Position numbers and translations under genes: made by a program | Part shown: positions 1-9,075 of the stretch, piece after piece | Layout of the letters: every line of letters begins with the position of its first letter | Numbering within the stretch: the stretch's first letter is position 1 | NCBI GenBank assembly: GCA_002773535.1 | Contig: PFAZ01000009.1 | Coordinates: forward strand, 34,739-98,738 | DNA from: Candidatus Harrisonbacteria bacterium CG10_big_fil_rev_8_21_14_0_10_40_38 | GTDB lineage: Bacteria; Patescibacteriota; Minisyncoccia; UBA6257; 1-14-0-10-40-38 | DNA: 64,000 nucleotides | Direction: 5' to 3' | The notes under the pieces: model-generated | Databases searched by the model: none | What the model saw: the letters and a program-made list of their open reading frames with translations, nothing else | Told to the model about the DNA's origin: nothing

Positions 1-770
1 TCGCCTCTGAATTTTGTGCCTGCGATAAGCGAACCTAAATCAAGCATGATAATCTCTTTGCCTTTTAGAGTTTCCGGCACTTCTCCAGATATAATTCTTT
101 GAGCTAGACCTTCTACAATAGCGGTTTTACCCACTCCCGGTTCACCAATGAGAACTGGATTGTTTTTTGTTCTTCTTGAAAGAACCTGTATCACACGTCT
201 CAATTCATCCTCTCTGCCAATAACCGGATCCAATTTTCCGGCACGAGCTTTTTCGGTTAGGTTTATTGCGTATTTTTCTAATACTTGAAATTTTGACTCA
301 GGAGTTTCATCGGTAATCCTCATCGATCCTCTTAGTTGAGCAAGGATCCTGAATGCTATTTCTTTTTTGAGTCCAAAGCTTTCGAGAAGTGTTTTTGCAC
401 TTGATTGAACATTGAGAATCGAAAGTAGTAAGTGCTCACATGACACAAATTCATCTTTTTGAGATACAGCAATTTTTCCAGCACCCTCTAGAATGTGCAT
501 TAATTCCTGAGAAAGATATAACTGACTGACTGATGTGCTGCCAAATATTTTTGGGAGCTTATCCATTTCCTCCTCGATGGATTTGTCTAAATCCTCAAGG
601 TTGATGCCTGACTTTATAAGAAGTGGCCTTACCAGCGACTGCTCGTCCGCAATGAGACTTGATAAAAGGTGAATAGCTCTGAATTCGCCATGATTTTTTT
701 GAGCTGCAATATCTTGTGCATTTTGAAGCGCCTCCTGTGCTTTAATTGTAAACTTGTGAAAATTTCTCAT
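1..770 (-). CDS. ATP-dependent Clp chaperone, ClpB/ClpC family, N-terminal part (partial; continues beyond window start)
   Basis: Minus-strand ORF from ATG at 768-770 running off the window edge, so it is absent from the ORF track. Translation reads [19 protein letters not shown]..., then Clp_N repeats, then [46 protein letters not shown], which is the Walker A of AAA+ domain 1 of ClpB/ClpC. Confidence 0.85.
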   Translation of the reverse strand, partial: MRNFHKFTIKAQEALQNAQDIAAQKNHGEFRAIHLLSSLIADEQSLVRPLLIKSGINLEDLDKSIEEEMDKLPKIFGSTSVSQLYLSQELMHILEGAGKIAVSQKDEFVSCEHLLLSILNVQSSAKTLLESFGLKKEIAFRILAQLRGSMRITDETPESKFQVLEKYAINLTEKARAGKLDPVIGREDELRRVIQVLSRRTKNNPVLIGEPGVGKTAIVEGLAQRIISGEVPETLKGKEIIMLDLGSLIAGTKFRG

Positions 771-843
771 TTTAAAATTAAATTTACTGACAACCTAAGC
801 TTAGACTATTGGCAATCTATGGTCAAGAGTGCTAAAAAATAGG

Positions 844-2124
844 CTATGGGCGCGCTTCTAGTTTTACTGAAATTTCCTGCTTTTTCCCCTCTCTTAAAAT
901 AGATAACCTAACAACATCACCGACATTATGCTTTTGTATGATTCCGAGCAAGGTTTTGGTTTCTGTGATTTTTTCGCTATTGATGGCTGTTATTATGTCC
1001 TCTGTTTTTAGACCGGCTTTTGCGGCTGGAGAGTTTGAAACTATCGCAGGTCCGTCTTCACCTCCGCGAACGAGAGCTCCTTCGCTTACCGGCAAATTTT
1101 CTTTTTCGCTTAGTTCTTTTGAAATTTGAATATATCTGACTCCAAGATAAGGAACTGAAATTTTGCCGGTTTTTTCAACTGACTCTAAAGCTCTTTTTGC
1201 CTGATTAATTGGTATTGCGAAACCGATGTTTTCTGCATTTCTGGCAACTGCCGTATTTATTGCAATAACCTCACCTTTAAGATTAAGAAGCGGCCCACCA
1301 GAATTTCCCGGATTTATTGCCGCATCCGTTTGGATTAACCCCTCTAAGTGTTCAATCCCATCACTTCCACTTGCCTCAATGGATCTCGCAAGACCGGAAA
1401 TGATACCCACAGAAACCGTATTTCGGAATTCTCCGAGAGCATTGCCGATTGCTATAGCGGTCTGCCCAAGCCTTACCGAATCAGAATCGCCGAGATTTAC
1501 TGTTGGTAGATTTTTGGAATCGGTTTTTATTTTTACAATGGCTATGTCCTGAACCGGGTCTAGCGCCAGGACCGTTGCCGGATATTTTTCTCCATCGTTT
1601 GTAAGGACTGTATATGAAGCACTTTCATCGCTTACAACATGCTTATTTGTGATAACAAGACCATCTTCGGAAACAATAAATCCAGATCCGCCGCCAATTT
1701 CCTGCTCTTTTGTACCGTTTTGACACGGTCTTTGAAATTTAAGGTTTCCAAAAAAGTCCTGAAATTCAGGTGGGAGATCGCCAAACGGGTTATAGGGGCA
1801 ATTTTCAATAATCGGTAAATCCTTTGATACGATTATTGAAATAACTGCATCAGAGTTTTTATCAATAGCGTTTACTATTGAGTCCTCATAAACATTATCC
1901 GATTTATAAAGCTCGGTTTTTTCAATATTATTTTCTGTTTTTGTTACAGATTCGCTTTGTGTTACCCGTATTTTATTTATTATGTCGTCTAAAATATTTG
2001 CATGGGCGCTATTTTTAACAGTTCCCAGCAAAAACCCGGCAAGTAGGGCAACGCTAATAAAAAAGAAAGCTTTTGTTGAATTATTTTTTATCATAACAAT
2101 ATTGAATACGCTTATTGGATTCAA
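844..2124 (-). CDS. htrA: HtrA/DegP-family serine protease with PDZ domain
   Basis: 426 aa. N-terminal hydrophobic anchor. Trypsin-like motifs GGGSGFIVS...TNKHVV, DIAIVKI and GNSGGPLLN, followed by a PDZ-like C-terminus. Confidence 0.85.
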   Translation of the reverse strand: MNPISVFNIVMIKNNSTKAFFFISVALLAGFLLGTVKNSAHANILDDIINKIRVTQSESVTKTENNIEKTELYKSDNVYEDSIVNAIDKNSDAVISIIVSKDLPIIENCPYNPFGDLPPEFQDFFGNLKFQRPCQNGTKEQEIGGGSGFIVSEDGLVITNKHVVSDESASYTVLTNDGEKYPATVLALDPVQDIAIVKIKTDSKNLPTVNLGDSDSVRLGQTAIAIGNALGEFRNTVSVGIISGLARSIEASGSDGIEHLEGLIQTDAAINPGNSGGPLLNLKGEVIAINTAVARNAENIGFAIPINQAKRALESVEKTGKISVPYLGVRYIQISKELSEKENLPVSEGALVRGGEDGPAIVSNSPAAKAGLKTEDIITAINSEKITETKTLLGIIQKHNVGDVVRLSILREGKKQEISVKLEARP

Positions 2125-3314
2125 TTTGTTACCTTTTTTATATCAGTAAGAGCTTTTAGTGTTTTTTTAATATCACTCTCGGTTGTTTGTCTGCCAAGAG
2201 TAAATCTTATTGATTTTTCTGCTTTTTCTTTTGGGAGCCCAATTGCCTTTAGTACGTGTGATGGCTTCATTGACCTTGTAGAACATGCTGATCCCGCGGA
2301 AGATATAATTCCCCTTCTATCTAATTGAATAAGCATTTCTTCGGATTTAATAAATGGAATATATACGTTTAAGAAATTTGGCAGAGATTTTTTTAGATCC
2401 CCATTTATTTCTGCTTTTTTTTCGATTTTTTTAATACCAGCCCAAAGTTTATTTCTTAATTTTGAAAGCCGTGCTGATTCTGATTTTGATTTCTTGTGCG
2501 AAATTTCAGCAGCTTTTCCAAACCCTAATATGCCTATAATATTTTCTGTTCCGGATCTCATCCCAAATTCTTGCCCGCCTCCTGTTAGAATTGGCTTGAT
2601 TATTTCTTTCCCGTTATTTTTTTTTACAACAAGGGCACCTATACCTTTGGGTCCGTATATTTTGTGAGATGACAGAGTAATCATGTCCGCGCCACATTCT
2701 TTGAGAATTTCTGGGTTAAATTGAAATCCCTGAACCGCATCTGTGTGAAATAGTGGGAAATCATTTTTTTTTCTGAAGCCGGTTATCAGTTTTGAAATTT
2801 CTCTAACTGGCTCGATTGTCCCTATTTCGTTATTTGCATACATTATAGAGACAACAGCGGTTTCTTTAGTGATTAAATTTTTAAGTTGACTTATATCAAT
2901 AACGCCATCGTTTTTTACAGGAATTATTTTCAAATCAATCAAGCCCTCACGTTCCATATCGCGAGCAGTCTCAAGAATTGATTCATGCTCAATATCGGAA
3001 ACAATAACCCTTGGCCTTTCTTTCTTTTGATAAGAATATTTTTTTACAGCGCCCCTTAGCGCAAGATTATTTGCCTCTGTGGCTCCACTTGTATAGATAA
3101 TCTCCTCATAATTTACACCGAGCATGTCGGAGAGTTTTCTTCTAGATTCAAAAATAAGCCTTGATGCCTCCTGCCCGATTGAGTGAGTTGATCCCGGATT
3201 GCCAAAAATGCTGTATTTTTCTCCAAAATACCTTTGAACAACCGGATCTATCGGCGTGGTTGAAGCATAATCTAGGTATATTGTCTGTTTTTTTGTCATA
3301 TTGTTAAAACACAA
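2121..3314 (-). CDS. cysteine desulfurase (class V aminotransferase, IscS/NifS-like)
   Basis: 397 aa. N-terminus IYLDYASTTPIDP. PLP-lysine motif SSHKIYGPKGIGALVV. 4-nt overlap with the upstream htrA-like gene. Confidence 0.85.
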   Translation of the reverse strand: MCFNNMTKKQTIYLDYASTTPIDPVVQRYFGEKYSIFGNPGSTHSIGQEASRLIFESRRKLSDMLGVNYEEIIYTSGATEANNLALRGAVKKYSYQKKERPRVIVSDIEHESILETARDMEREGLIDLKIIPVKNDGVIDISQLKNLITKETAVVSIMYANNEIGTIEPVREISKLITGFRKKNDFPLFHTDAVQGFQFNPEILKECGADMITLSSHKIYGPKGIGALVVKKNNGKEIIKPILTGGGQEFGMRSGTENIIGILGFGKAAEISHKKSKSESARLSKLRNKLWAGIKKIEKKAEINGDLKKSLPNFLNVYIPFIKSEEMLIQLDRRGIISSAGSACSTRSMKPSHVLKAIGLPKEKAEKSIRFTLGRQTTESDIKKTLKALTDIKKVTN

Positions 3315-3354
3315 TGTGTGCTCGTATACGTTTCATATTGTATAATTTACGGTA

Positions 3355-5280
3355 ATGAAAACGAAATATTGGTTTTGGTTCTGGAAAACTTTTTTGGGAC
3401 CAAGCCGACTTCGAAAAAGGTTTGTCCAAACTTTTTTATTTGCTGGGCTTATACCGCTGGTTCTTATGGGAGCAGTCAGCTTTTATTTGGTGAGACTCAC
3501 TCACCAACAGGATGTTTCTGCGTTAGAGCAGAATATCTCAAACCAGGTTGCCACAGAAATAAAAAGGAATCTTGATGTGGCGGGGTCAATACTAGAACTA
3601 AGGGCAATATTTGATAACTTTGCACCTATTGCCTTTGATCAACAGTCATTAATTTTAGAAGATGTTTTCCGAGCTCTCCCACCGCTTGTTGAAGCTTCGT
3701 TTATATGCACAACGCCATTGCATTGCTCTGTCGGAGTTGAAACGAGTAGATGGGTAAGAAAAGGAAATGAAGCGCAACCGGAGCTAGAACTAAGAAACAG
3801 AATAAATGATCCTCAATTTGCAGCAGTGAGAGGAAGCGAGGGCAGATCGTTTGGCGAACCAATAAAAACCGCTGATGGAAAATTTGTGATTCCATTTGCT
3901 GCTCCTGTTTTTAATAAAAATAGTGAGGTTATAGCAATACTTGCGGCTTGGCTTGATTTATCAGGACTTGTGCAAGATATAGTTGCAAATGCAAATCTTG
4001 GACAGACAGGGTACGTTTATGCCGTAATGACTGACGGCACAATAGTGGCACATAGAGATCCGTCCCTTGTTGGGGAGACAATAAAAAACACCCCTATAAG
4101 ACAGGCTCTTGATTTAAACGACAACGCACCGGTAACACAAAACACGTATGAAAGCCTTACGGGTGTTTCTGTGAGTGGATCACTTAGCACGGTTCCTGAT
4201 ACAGCGCTTGCTGTTGTGGCAGAATGGCCAAAAACTGAAACTCAGGCCCTTATTGATACGATCATTTTACAAATTTTAACTTTTGCTTTTATAAGCTTTT
4301 TCCTTTTGGCTATTATTTCGAGCTGGATGGCTCTAAAACTCATAGAACCAATTGCGCAACTTAGAATAGGAACGAGTATTATCGGCGGAGGAAATTTCGA
4401 CTATCAGGTCCATATAAATACGGGTGATGAACTTGAAGATCTTGGTAAAAACCTTAACCGCATGGCTCAAAATCTAAAAGGATTGGAAGAGGTAAATAAA
4501 CTTCGCCTTAGGACAGAGTTGCTTTCTGAAAGCCTTAGAAAAGAAAGGGAGGTGTCAAAACTCAAGGATCAATTTATAACAACGGTATCGCATCAATTTA
4601 ATACACCACTTTCTGTAATTAACTGGTCTCTTGATACACTTCGTGATCCAAAATCAACACAAGAACAGATAAAAGAAACTACTGAAGTAATTTATAAGAG
4701 TCAGAGGGATATTGCTGCAATTGTTGCCGACCTACTTACGCTTTCTGAAATTGGTTTTAGATATCAAAAAGATAGAGTAAAACAAATAGACATTGCGGCG
4801 CTTGCGGATAAGGTTCTTGAAGAATTTCAAGATGCATTAAAAATCAAGAAAATAACCGCGCAGGTCACAAGATCGGGAGACACTATTGCGGAGGTAAATG
4901 AATTTACGATGCGAAAAGTAATTGAAAACTTGGTAGACAATGCTATCGCGTATTCAAATGAAGGAGGTGTTGTAACAATATCCATTGAAGGGGCTGGAAC
5001 AAACTTGAACCTAAACGTCTCTGATCATGGAATCGGAATACCAAAAGATGAACAACCTCTCATATTTCAACAGTTCTTTAGGGCAAAAAATGCCATAGCA
5101 AAGAAAAATGTTGGAACTGGTCTAGGGCTTTTTATAACAAAAAGTATAGTGGCGGGTCATGGGGGGAAAATATCTTTTACGTCTTCTGAAAATCAGGGAA
5201 CGATGTTTTTTGTGACTATTCCTAAAAAAGCCACTATAGAACAAACACCTCCGGTAAAACCTGAACTCAAAAAATCATAA
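3355..5280 (+). CDS. sensor histidine kinase (two TM segments, periplasmic sensor, HAMP, HisKA, HATPase_c)
   Basis: 641 aa. TM helices near aa 30-50 and about aa 300-320. HAMP-like segment HINTGDELEDLGKNLNRMAQNL. H-box VSHQFNTPLSV. G-boxes GTGLGLFITKSIVAGHGGKI. Confidence 0.8.
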   Translation: MKTKYWFWFWKTFLGPSRLRKRFVQTFLFAGLIPLVLMGAVSFYLVRLTHQQDVSALEQNISNQVATEIKRNLDVAGSILELRAIFDNFAPIAFDQQSLILEDVFRALPPLVEASFICTTPLHCSVGVETSRWVRKGNEAQPELELRNRINDPQFAAVRGSEGRSFGEPIKTADGKFVIPFAAPVFNKNSEVIAILAAWLDLSGLVQDIVANANLGQTGYVYAVMTDGTIVAHRDPSLVGETIKNTPIRQALDLNDNAPVTQNTYESLTGVSVSGSLSTVPDTALAVVAEWPKTETQALIDTIILQILTFAFISFFLLAIISSWMALKLIEPIAQLRIGTSIIGGGNFDYQVHINTGDELEDLGKNLNRMAQNLKGLEEVNKLRLRTELLSESLRKEREVSKLKDQFITTVSHQFNTPLSVINWSLDTLRDPKSTQEQIKETTEVIYKSQRDIAAIVADLLTLSEIGFRYQKDRVKQIDIAALADKVLEEFQDALKIKKITAQVTRSGDTIAEVNEFTMRKVIENLVDNAIAYSNEGGVVTISIEGAGTNLNLNVSDHGIGIPKDEQPLIFQQFFRAKNAIAKKNVGTGLGLFITKSIVAGHGGKISFTSSENQGTMFFVTIPKKATIEQTPPVKPELKKS

Positions 5281-5348
5281 GCGACTTAGATTATTTGCAT
5301 AATTCTTTATTTCGGTTTAGTCTCCTTTTAACGCTCATTTAGTGGAAC

Positions 5349-5885
5349 GTGAACAGAGAGAAACTAAACATCTTAGAGGAGCGCCTCGAAGGAAAAAATT
5401 CGCACCGACTCAAGTTTACAAATTCCTTGGGTGTTTCTCTTTCTACAAATGAAGTTGTTTTTGAGATGGTGAAGTTCATGGCGGCTAATACCACGAAGCC
5501 GTATAAGGTAACCATTGGCTCTGATTCTCAAATTTATAAAAATCTGACTACAGATTTTGTGAGCGCTATAGTGGTGCATAGAATCGGGAATGGTGGGAGA
5601 TACTTTTGGAGAAGGATTGTTTCAAAAAAGAAATTCTATAGCCTACACGATAGGATGCTTGAGGAAGTGATGTTATCACTTTCCGTGGCAAAAGAATTTT
5701 TAGCAGAGTGCGAAAGAGAAAATATTCCTCAGTTTGATTTTGAAATACATGTTGATATTGGCTCGGTTGGTGAAACAAACACAATGATTCAGGAACTTGT
5801 CGGTATGATCCGAGCACATAATTTTGAGGCTAAAACAAAACCTGAGAGTTATGCGGCTTCGAATATTGCTGATAGACGCGTTTAA
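5349..5885 (+). CDS. hypothetical protein, possibly YkuK/DUF458-like RNase H-fold protein
   Basis: 178 aa. Conserved-looking acidic motifs TIGSDSQ, IHVDIGSVG and ASNIADRR resemble DUF458. This is recalled from memory, so low confidence. Confidence 0.35.
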   Translation: MNREKLNILEERLEGKNSHRLKFTNSLGVSLSTNEVVFEMVKFMAANTTKPYKVTIGSDSQIYKNLTTDFVSAIVVHRIGNGGRYFWRRIVSKKKFYSLHDRMLEEVMLSLSVAKEFLAECERENIPQFDFEIHVDIGSVGETNTMIQELVGMIRAHNFEAKTKPESYAASNIADRRV

Positions 5886-5894
5886 TTTGGTTTT

Positions 5895-6458
5895 ATGGAC
5901 AAATTAGTTATAGATATAGAAACATCAAATACGTTTGCAGATGTCGGAGGTCATAGAAATGTGGCTGATCTTTCTGTTTCCCTCGTGGGAATATATTCGT
6001 ATTCAAACGATAAATTTCATGCTTTTTATGAACACAATCTTGCTGATGCAGCTCCCCTTTTACAGTCTTGTGGTTTGCTAATTGGCTTTGCGATAAATAG
6101 GTTTGACGTGCCGGTTTTAAATAAACATTATCCGTTTAATCTTTTTTCGCTTCAGAGACTTGATTTACTTGATGAGATTGAGCTTTCGAGTGGAAGAAGA
6201 ATTAGTTTAAATATTTTGGCGAAGGCTAATTTAGGGGTTGAAAAAACTCACCATAGCCTTGAAGCAATTGATTTATACAGAGATGGAAAGTTTGACGAGT
6301 TAAGAGATTATTGTCTTACTGACGTGAAAATAACTAGGGATTTGTACGAACTCGCAAAAAAACAGGGATATTTAATCGTTCCTGATAAATTTTCAAACGA
6401 ACCACAAAAAATCGAACTCTCTTGGGAAGAACAAGCTTTCCCCGCAACTCTTTTTTAG
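5895..6458 (+). CDS. DEDDy-type 3'-5' exonuclease (RNase H-like superfamily, standalone DnaQ/PolB-exo-like domain)
   Basis: 187 aa. Exo I motif VIDIETSN, Exo II motif GFAINRFDVPVLNKHY, Exo III motif YCLTDVKITRDLYE. Confidence 0.6.
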   Translation: MDKLVIDIETSNTFADVGGHRNVADLSVSLVGIYSYSNDKFHAFYEHNLADAAPLLQSCGLLIGFAINRFDVPVLNKHYPFNLFSLQRLDLLDEIELSSGRRISLNILAKANLGVEKTHHSLEAIDLYRDGKFDELRDYCLTDVKITRDLYELAKKQGYLIVPDKFSNEPQKIELSWEEQAFPATLF

Positions 6459-7396
6459 TTTTTTATATAACCTTCCAATCTCTTAACTCCTTCTTTTAAC
6501 ACCTCTTCTTTTTTTGCTTCGACGTTTAGGCGAAGGAGGTTTTCTGTGTTTGATGGCCTTACACTAAACCACCACATATTTTCTCCTTCACCACATTCAA
6601 TACGAATGCCGTCCAAGTTGTTTGAATTTTTTATTTCGCTTATAAAAGCGTTTTGAATTTTTTCTATTATTATCTGCTTGTCGCTGACTTTGTAATTTGT
6701 TTCTGGGATTCTATAGGTTTTGAGGGATGATTTTTCCCACTCGCTTAGACTCGTGTTTTTTTCTTTTAATTTACTTAGAGCATTTAACATACTCATTGAA
6801 GCGCGCAGACCTGAATCGGCATATAAAAAATCTTTAAAATAATAATGACCGGAAACTTCAGCGCCAAAGGCAATATCTTTTTCTCTCATCATTTTTTTTA
6901 TGAAGTAGTGGCCTACGCGACAGTCTATAACAGATCTATTATTTTCTTTTAGCCATTCTCTAATTGGATAGCCGCTTCGAACATCTATGATTACCGGTCC
7001 ATTAAACTCTAATGCAATGAGTATGGCTGCTTTGTCGGGGTGAATTTCATCGCCTTTGTTATCTATAAAAAAAACCCTGTCCTCGTCAGCGTCTACAATG
7101 ATGCCTATGTCTGCATTTTGTTTTTTTACTTCTTGTTTTAAACCCTCCATCGCGCCTTCTTTTAGGGGGTTGGGGCCATGAGCGGAAAAATTAGGGTCGG
7201 GTGTTTCGTTTATTAAAATTATCTCTAAATTGTTTGGATTGAGGTTTTTTAGCTCTTCAAGAACGATGCCTGCTGTACCGTTTGATAAATCAAAAACCGC
7301 TTTTATCTTACTTGTCAGATTTAACCGACTTTGTAGAAATTTTGCATATTCTTTTGTGTAGTTTGTGTTGTTCATATCTTGAGTCAAGTATATCAA
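6455..7396 (-). CDS. phosphoglucomutase/phosphomannomutase, C-terminal fragment (alpha-D-phosphohexomutase domains II-IV). The gene is split from its N-terminal domain by a ~1.2 kb insertion.
   Basis: 313 aa. Segment YAKFLQSRLNLTSKIKAVFDLSNGTAGIVLEE matches the start of PGM/PMM domain II. Metal-binding loop IVDADEDRV. ORF-track start is TTG at 7394-7396; the first ATG is at 7373-7375. No obvious Shine-Dalgarno sequence. Confidence 0.7.
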   Translation of the reverse strand: MIYLTQDMNNTNYTKEYAKFLQSRLNLTSKIKAVFDLSNGTAGIVLEELKNLNPNNLEIILINETPDPNFSAHGPNPLKEGAMEGLKQEVKKQNADIGIIVDADEDRVFFIDNKGDEIHPDKAAILIALEFNGPVIIDVRSGYPIREWLKENNRSVIDCRVGHYFIKKMMREKDIAFGAEVSGHYYFKDFLYADSGLRASMSMLNALSKLKEKNTSLSEWEKSSLKTYRIPETNYKVSDKQIIIEKIQNAFISEIKNSNNLDGIRIECGEGENMWWFSVRPSNTENLLRLNVEAKKEEVLKEGVKRLEGYIKN

Positions 7397-7531
7397 TATT
7401 TGCCGTGGCTGTGCCTACCCCTTTACATATTTATTTATTTGGTGCTATGTTTTTTGTAGTTCTTGTTGGCTTCTTGGCTATACAAGTTTTCATGTTCATT
7501 GATAAAACCTAAGCCTCATGGAGGGCTTGTC

Positions 7532-8122
7532 GTGAGAATAACTCAAATATTGATTCTTGTTGTTTTTGTCGTTTGTGGTGTTTGTTTTTTTAACGGCCTT
7601 AAGACAAGGCGAATACCCGAAACAAAAAAGGAGGAATATCGCGAACTTCCTGTAACAGAGGTGGTGGGCGCGCCCACAAACGAGGAGGAGAGCAGGGTCG
7701 CCGTTCCTTTGGATGAGCCTGTGGTGGCAAAGAGTGAAGTGACTACCAATAATGAGGAGCAAAAAAAAGAAACCTTTCAAAATGATGAAATGGAAAGACG
7801 AGCTTATCTCATTGACGAGTGCAAAGCTGCTCTCAAATCTATCACGACTGAGAGCCTTGATGCATTCAATAATTCGGGTAGTGAAGAAGAATCGAAAGCG
7901 CAGCTGCGAAGATTTGATGATATGAAGAATGCGACATTGTGGGGATATTTCCCTTGGGCGCCGTCGATTGTGGAACAGAGAAGGTATGTTCTGTTAACTG
8001 GAAAGTACCCTCTTATTTCTAGTGAATTTAGGGAGTTGGAGAATAATTGCTTCAGTGATGCTGAGGCATGGGGAACTCTCAAACAGAAGATCGAAAACCT
8101 CAAACAGGAGAACAAAGAATGA
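7532..8122 (+). CDS. hypothetical membrane-anchored protein (insertion cassette gene 1)
   Basis: RBS GGAGGG (7520-7525), 6-nt spacer, then GTG at 7532. N-terminal TM ITQILILVVFVVCGVCFF, then an acidic/hydrophilic domain. Stop TGA at 8120-8122 overlaps the next start (ATGA). The ORF track extends further upstream to 7463. Confidence 0.5.
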   Translation: MRITQILILVVFVVCGVCFFNGLKTRRIPETKKEEYRELPVTEVVGAPTNEEESRVAVPLDEPVVAKSEVTTNNEEQKKETFQNDEMERRAYLIDECKAALKSITTESLDAFNNSGSEEESKAQLRRFDDMKNATLWGYFPWAPSIVEQRRYVLLTGKYPLISSEFRELENNCFSDAEAWGTLKQKIENLKQENKE

Positions 8123-8568
8123 AAATTGCTCACCGGTTCGCTTCCCTCTCCATCGTTCTTTCCATCTTCTTCGCCCTCACGCCCATTCTTCGGGCTGATG
8201 ACGGCCTCAAGGGAAAGAGTGTTTCCTACACCGGAAACGCAATTACCTTCACCGTGTCGTTCGGTCCGGAGGTCAACGGAACCTCGACTGCCCTCATCTC
8301 TGGAACGATTGATGGCAAAGACTTCGTTGCCGCTGCGTGGGTGCGTCAACTGGACGACGGCATGTTGGCGCTGTGTTCGGCGCCGGGGTCGGATGAACTG
8401 CCAGTGATCGAGGTAGGCGATCCTCCAAGGGTGAAGAAATACCGCTTTAACCCATGGATCGATCCGACTGAATTCGGTCAGGATGAGCCCTTTCCCGGCG
8501 GAGGTGTTCAAGACGTAGGAAATCGAGGTCCCGTGAGGTACCGACCTTTAAGAGGGAGGAGTACGTAG
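8119..8568 (+). CDS. hypothetical small secreted protein, GC-rich (insertion cassette gene 2)
   Basis: ATG at 8119 in an ATGA overlap with the upstream stop, which suggests translational coupling. Signal peptide MKIAHRFASLSIVLSIFFALTPILRA with a cleavage-like site before DDG. Codon usage is much more GC-rich than in the rest of the window. Confidence 0.55.
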   Translation: MKIAHRFASLSIVLSIFFALTPILRADDGLKGKSVSYTGNAITFTVSFGPEVNGTSTALISGTIDGKDFVAAAWVRQLDDGMLALCSAPGSDELPVIEVGDPPRVKKYRFNPWIDPTEFGQDEPFPGGGVQDVGNRGPVRYRPLRGRST

Positions 8569-8596
8569 AAAAAGCGTGTCGTGTACTGCGGTTTCT

Positions 8597-8640
8597 GCAG
8601 GCGAGTAATTGTATTTTTACTTTACTCGCCTGTTTTTTTT
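8597..8640 (+). terminator. rho-independent terminator of the inserted cassette
   Basis: Hairpin CAGGCGAGTAA ... TTACTCGCCTG followed by TTTTTTTT. The 3' arm of the hairpin overlaps the stop codon (8622-8624) of the truncated PGM N-fragment on the opposite strand. Confidence 0.7.
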
Positions 8641-9017
8641 ATAAGACTTAATATCTCCGTGCCGCTCACCGGTATGGCATTTTTTTCTACAACTTTACAA
8701 CCATTAAATTCAGGCGGGTTATGAGAAGCCGTTATCATAACACCACCTTCAGCATCCAGCTTGCCTACTAAAAAATAAAGCATGGGCGTTGTAGAGAGGC
8801 CTATTTCTATGACTTCTCTAACACCTACTTTTTTAAGGCCACTGACCATTGATTCTGATAGGCTTTTTGAACCGTTTCTTGCATCAAAACCGACAATGAT
8901 GCGGTTTTTTCCAATTCTTTCTGGGAGGGAGTTTCCGATTTTTTCCACAACTTCTTCATCTATTTCAGTTGGATAAATGCCTCTTATGTCGTAAGCTTTA
9001 AAAATATTTTCATTCAT
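8622..9017 (-). CDS. phosphoglucomutase/phosphomannomutase, N-terminal fragment (domain I with active-site serine loop)
   Basis: 131 aa. MNENIFKAYDIRGIYPTEID...GGVMITASHNPPEFNGCKVV contains the TASHNP phosphoserine loop. The last residues KKTGE and the stop are encoded by the T-run and hairpin of the inserted terminator. Confidence 0.75.
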   Translation of the reverse strand: MNENIFKAYDIRGIYPTEIDEEVVEKIGNSLPERIGKNRIIVGFDARNGSKSLSESMVSGLKKVGVREVIEIGLSTTPMLYFLVGKLDAEGGVMITASHNPPEFNGCKVVEKNAIPVSGTEILSLIKKTGE

Positions 9018-9075
9018 TATCTCTATTTTAGCTCGGGTATGCTAAAAAGAGTAGAATACGGCTATAATTATATAT

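Larger units (their letters stand above)
7397..8640 (+). other. foreign-looking insertion that splits the PGM/PMM gene: a two-gene cassette with its own RBS and terminator; the second gene is markedly GC-rich
   Basis: Lies exactly between PGM domain I (8622-9017) and domains II-IV (6455-7396), both on the minus strand, while the cassette genes are on the plus strand. GC content from about 7560 to 8570 is visibly far above that of the flanks (judged by eye, not computed). Ends with a rho-independent terminator. Confidence 0.65.

Noticed and set aside
3318-3575. 85-aa ORF overlapping the histidine kinase start
   Set aside because: It is in a different frame from, and fully overlapped by, the 641-aa kinase ORF. 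It is Cys/Gly-rich with no features.
7804-8511. 235-aa minus-strand ORF inside the PGM insertion
   Set aside because: It is antisense to the two co-oriented cassette genes, in GC-rich DNA where long spurious ORFs are expected. No start context or domain signal.
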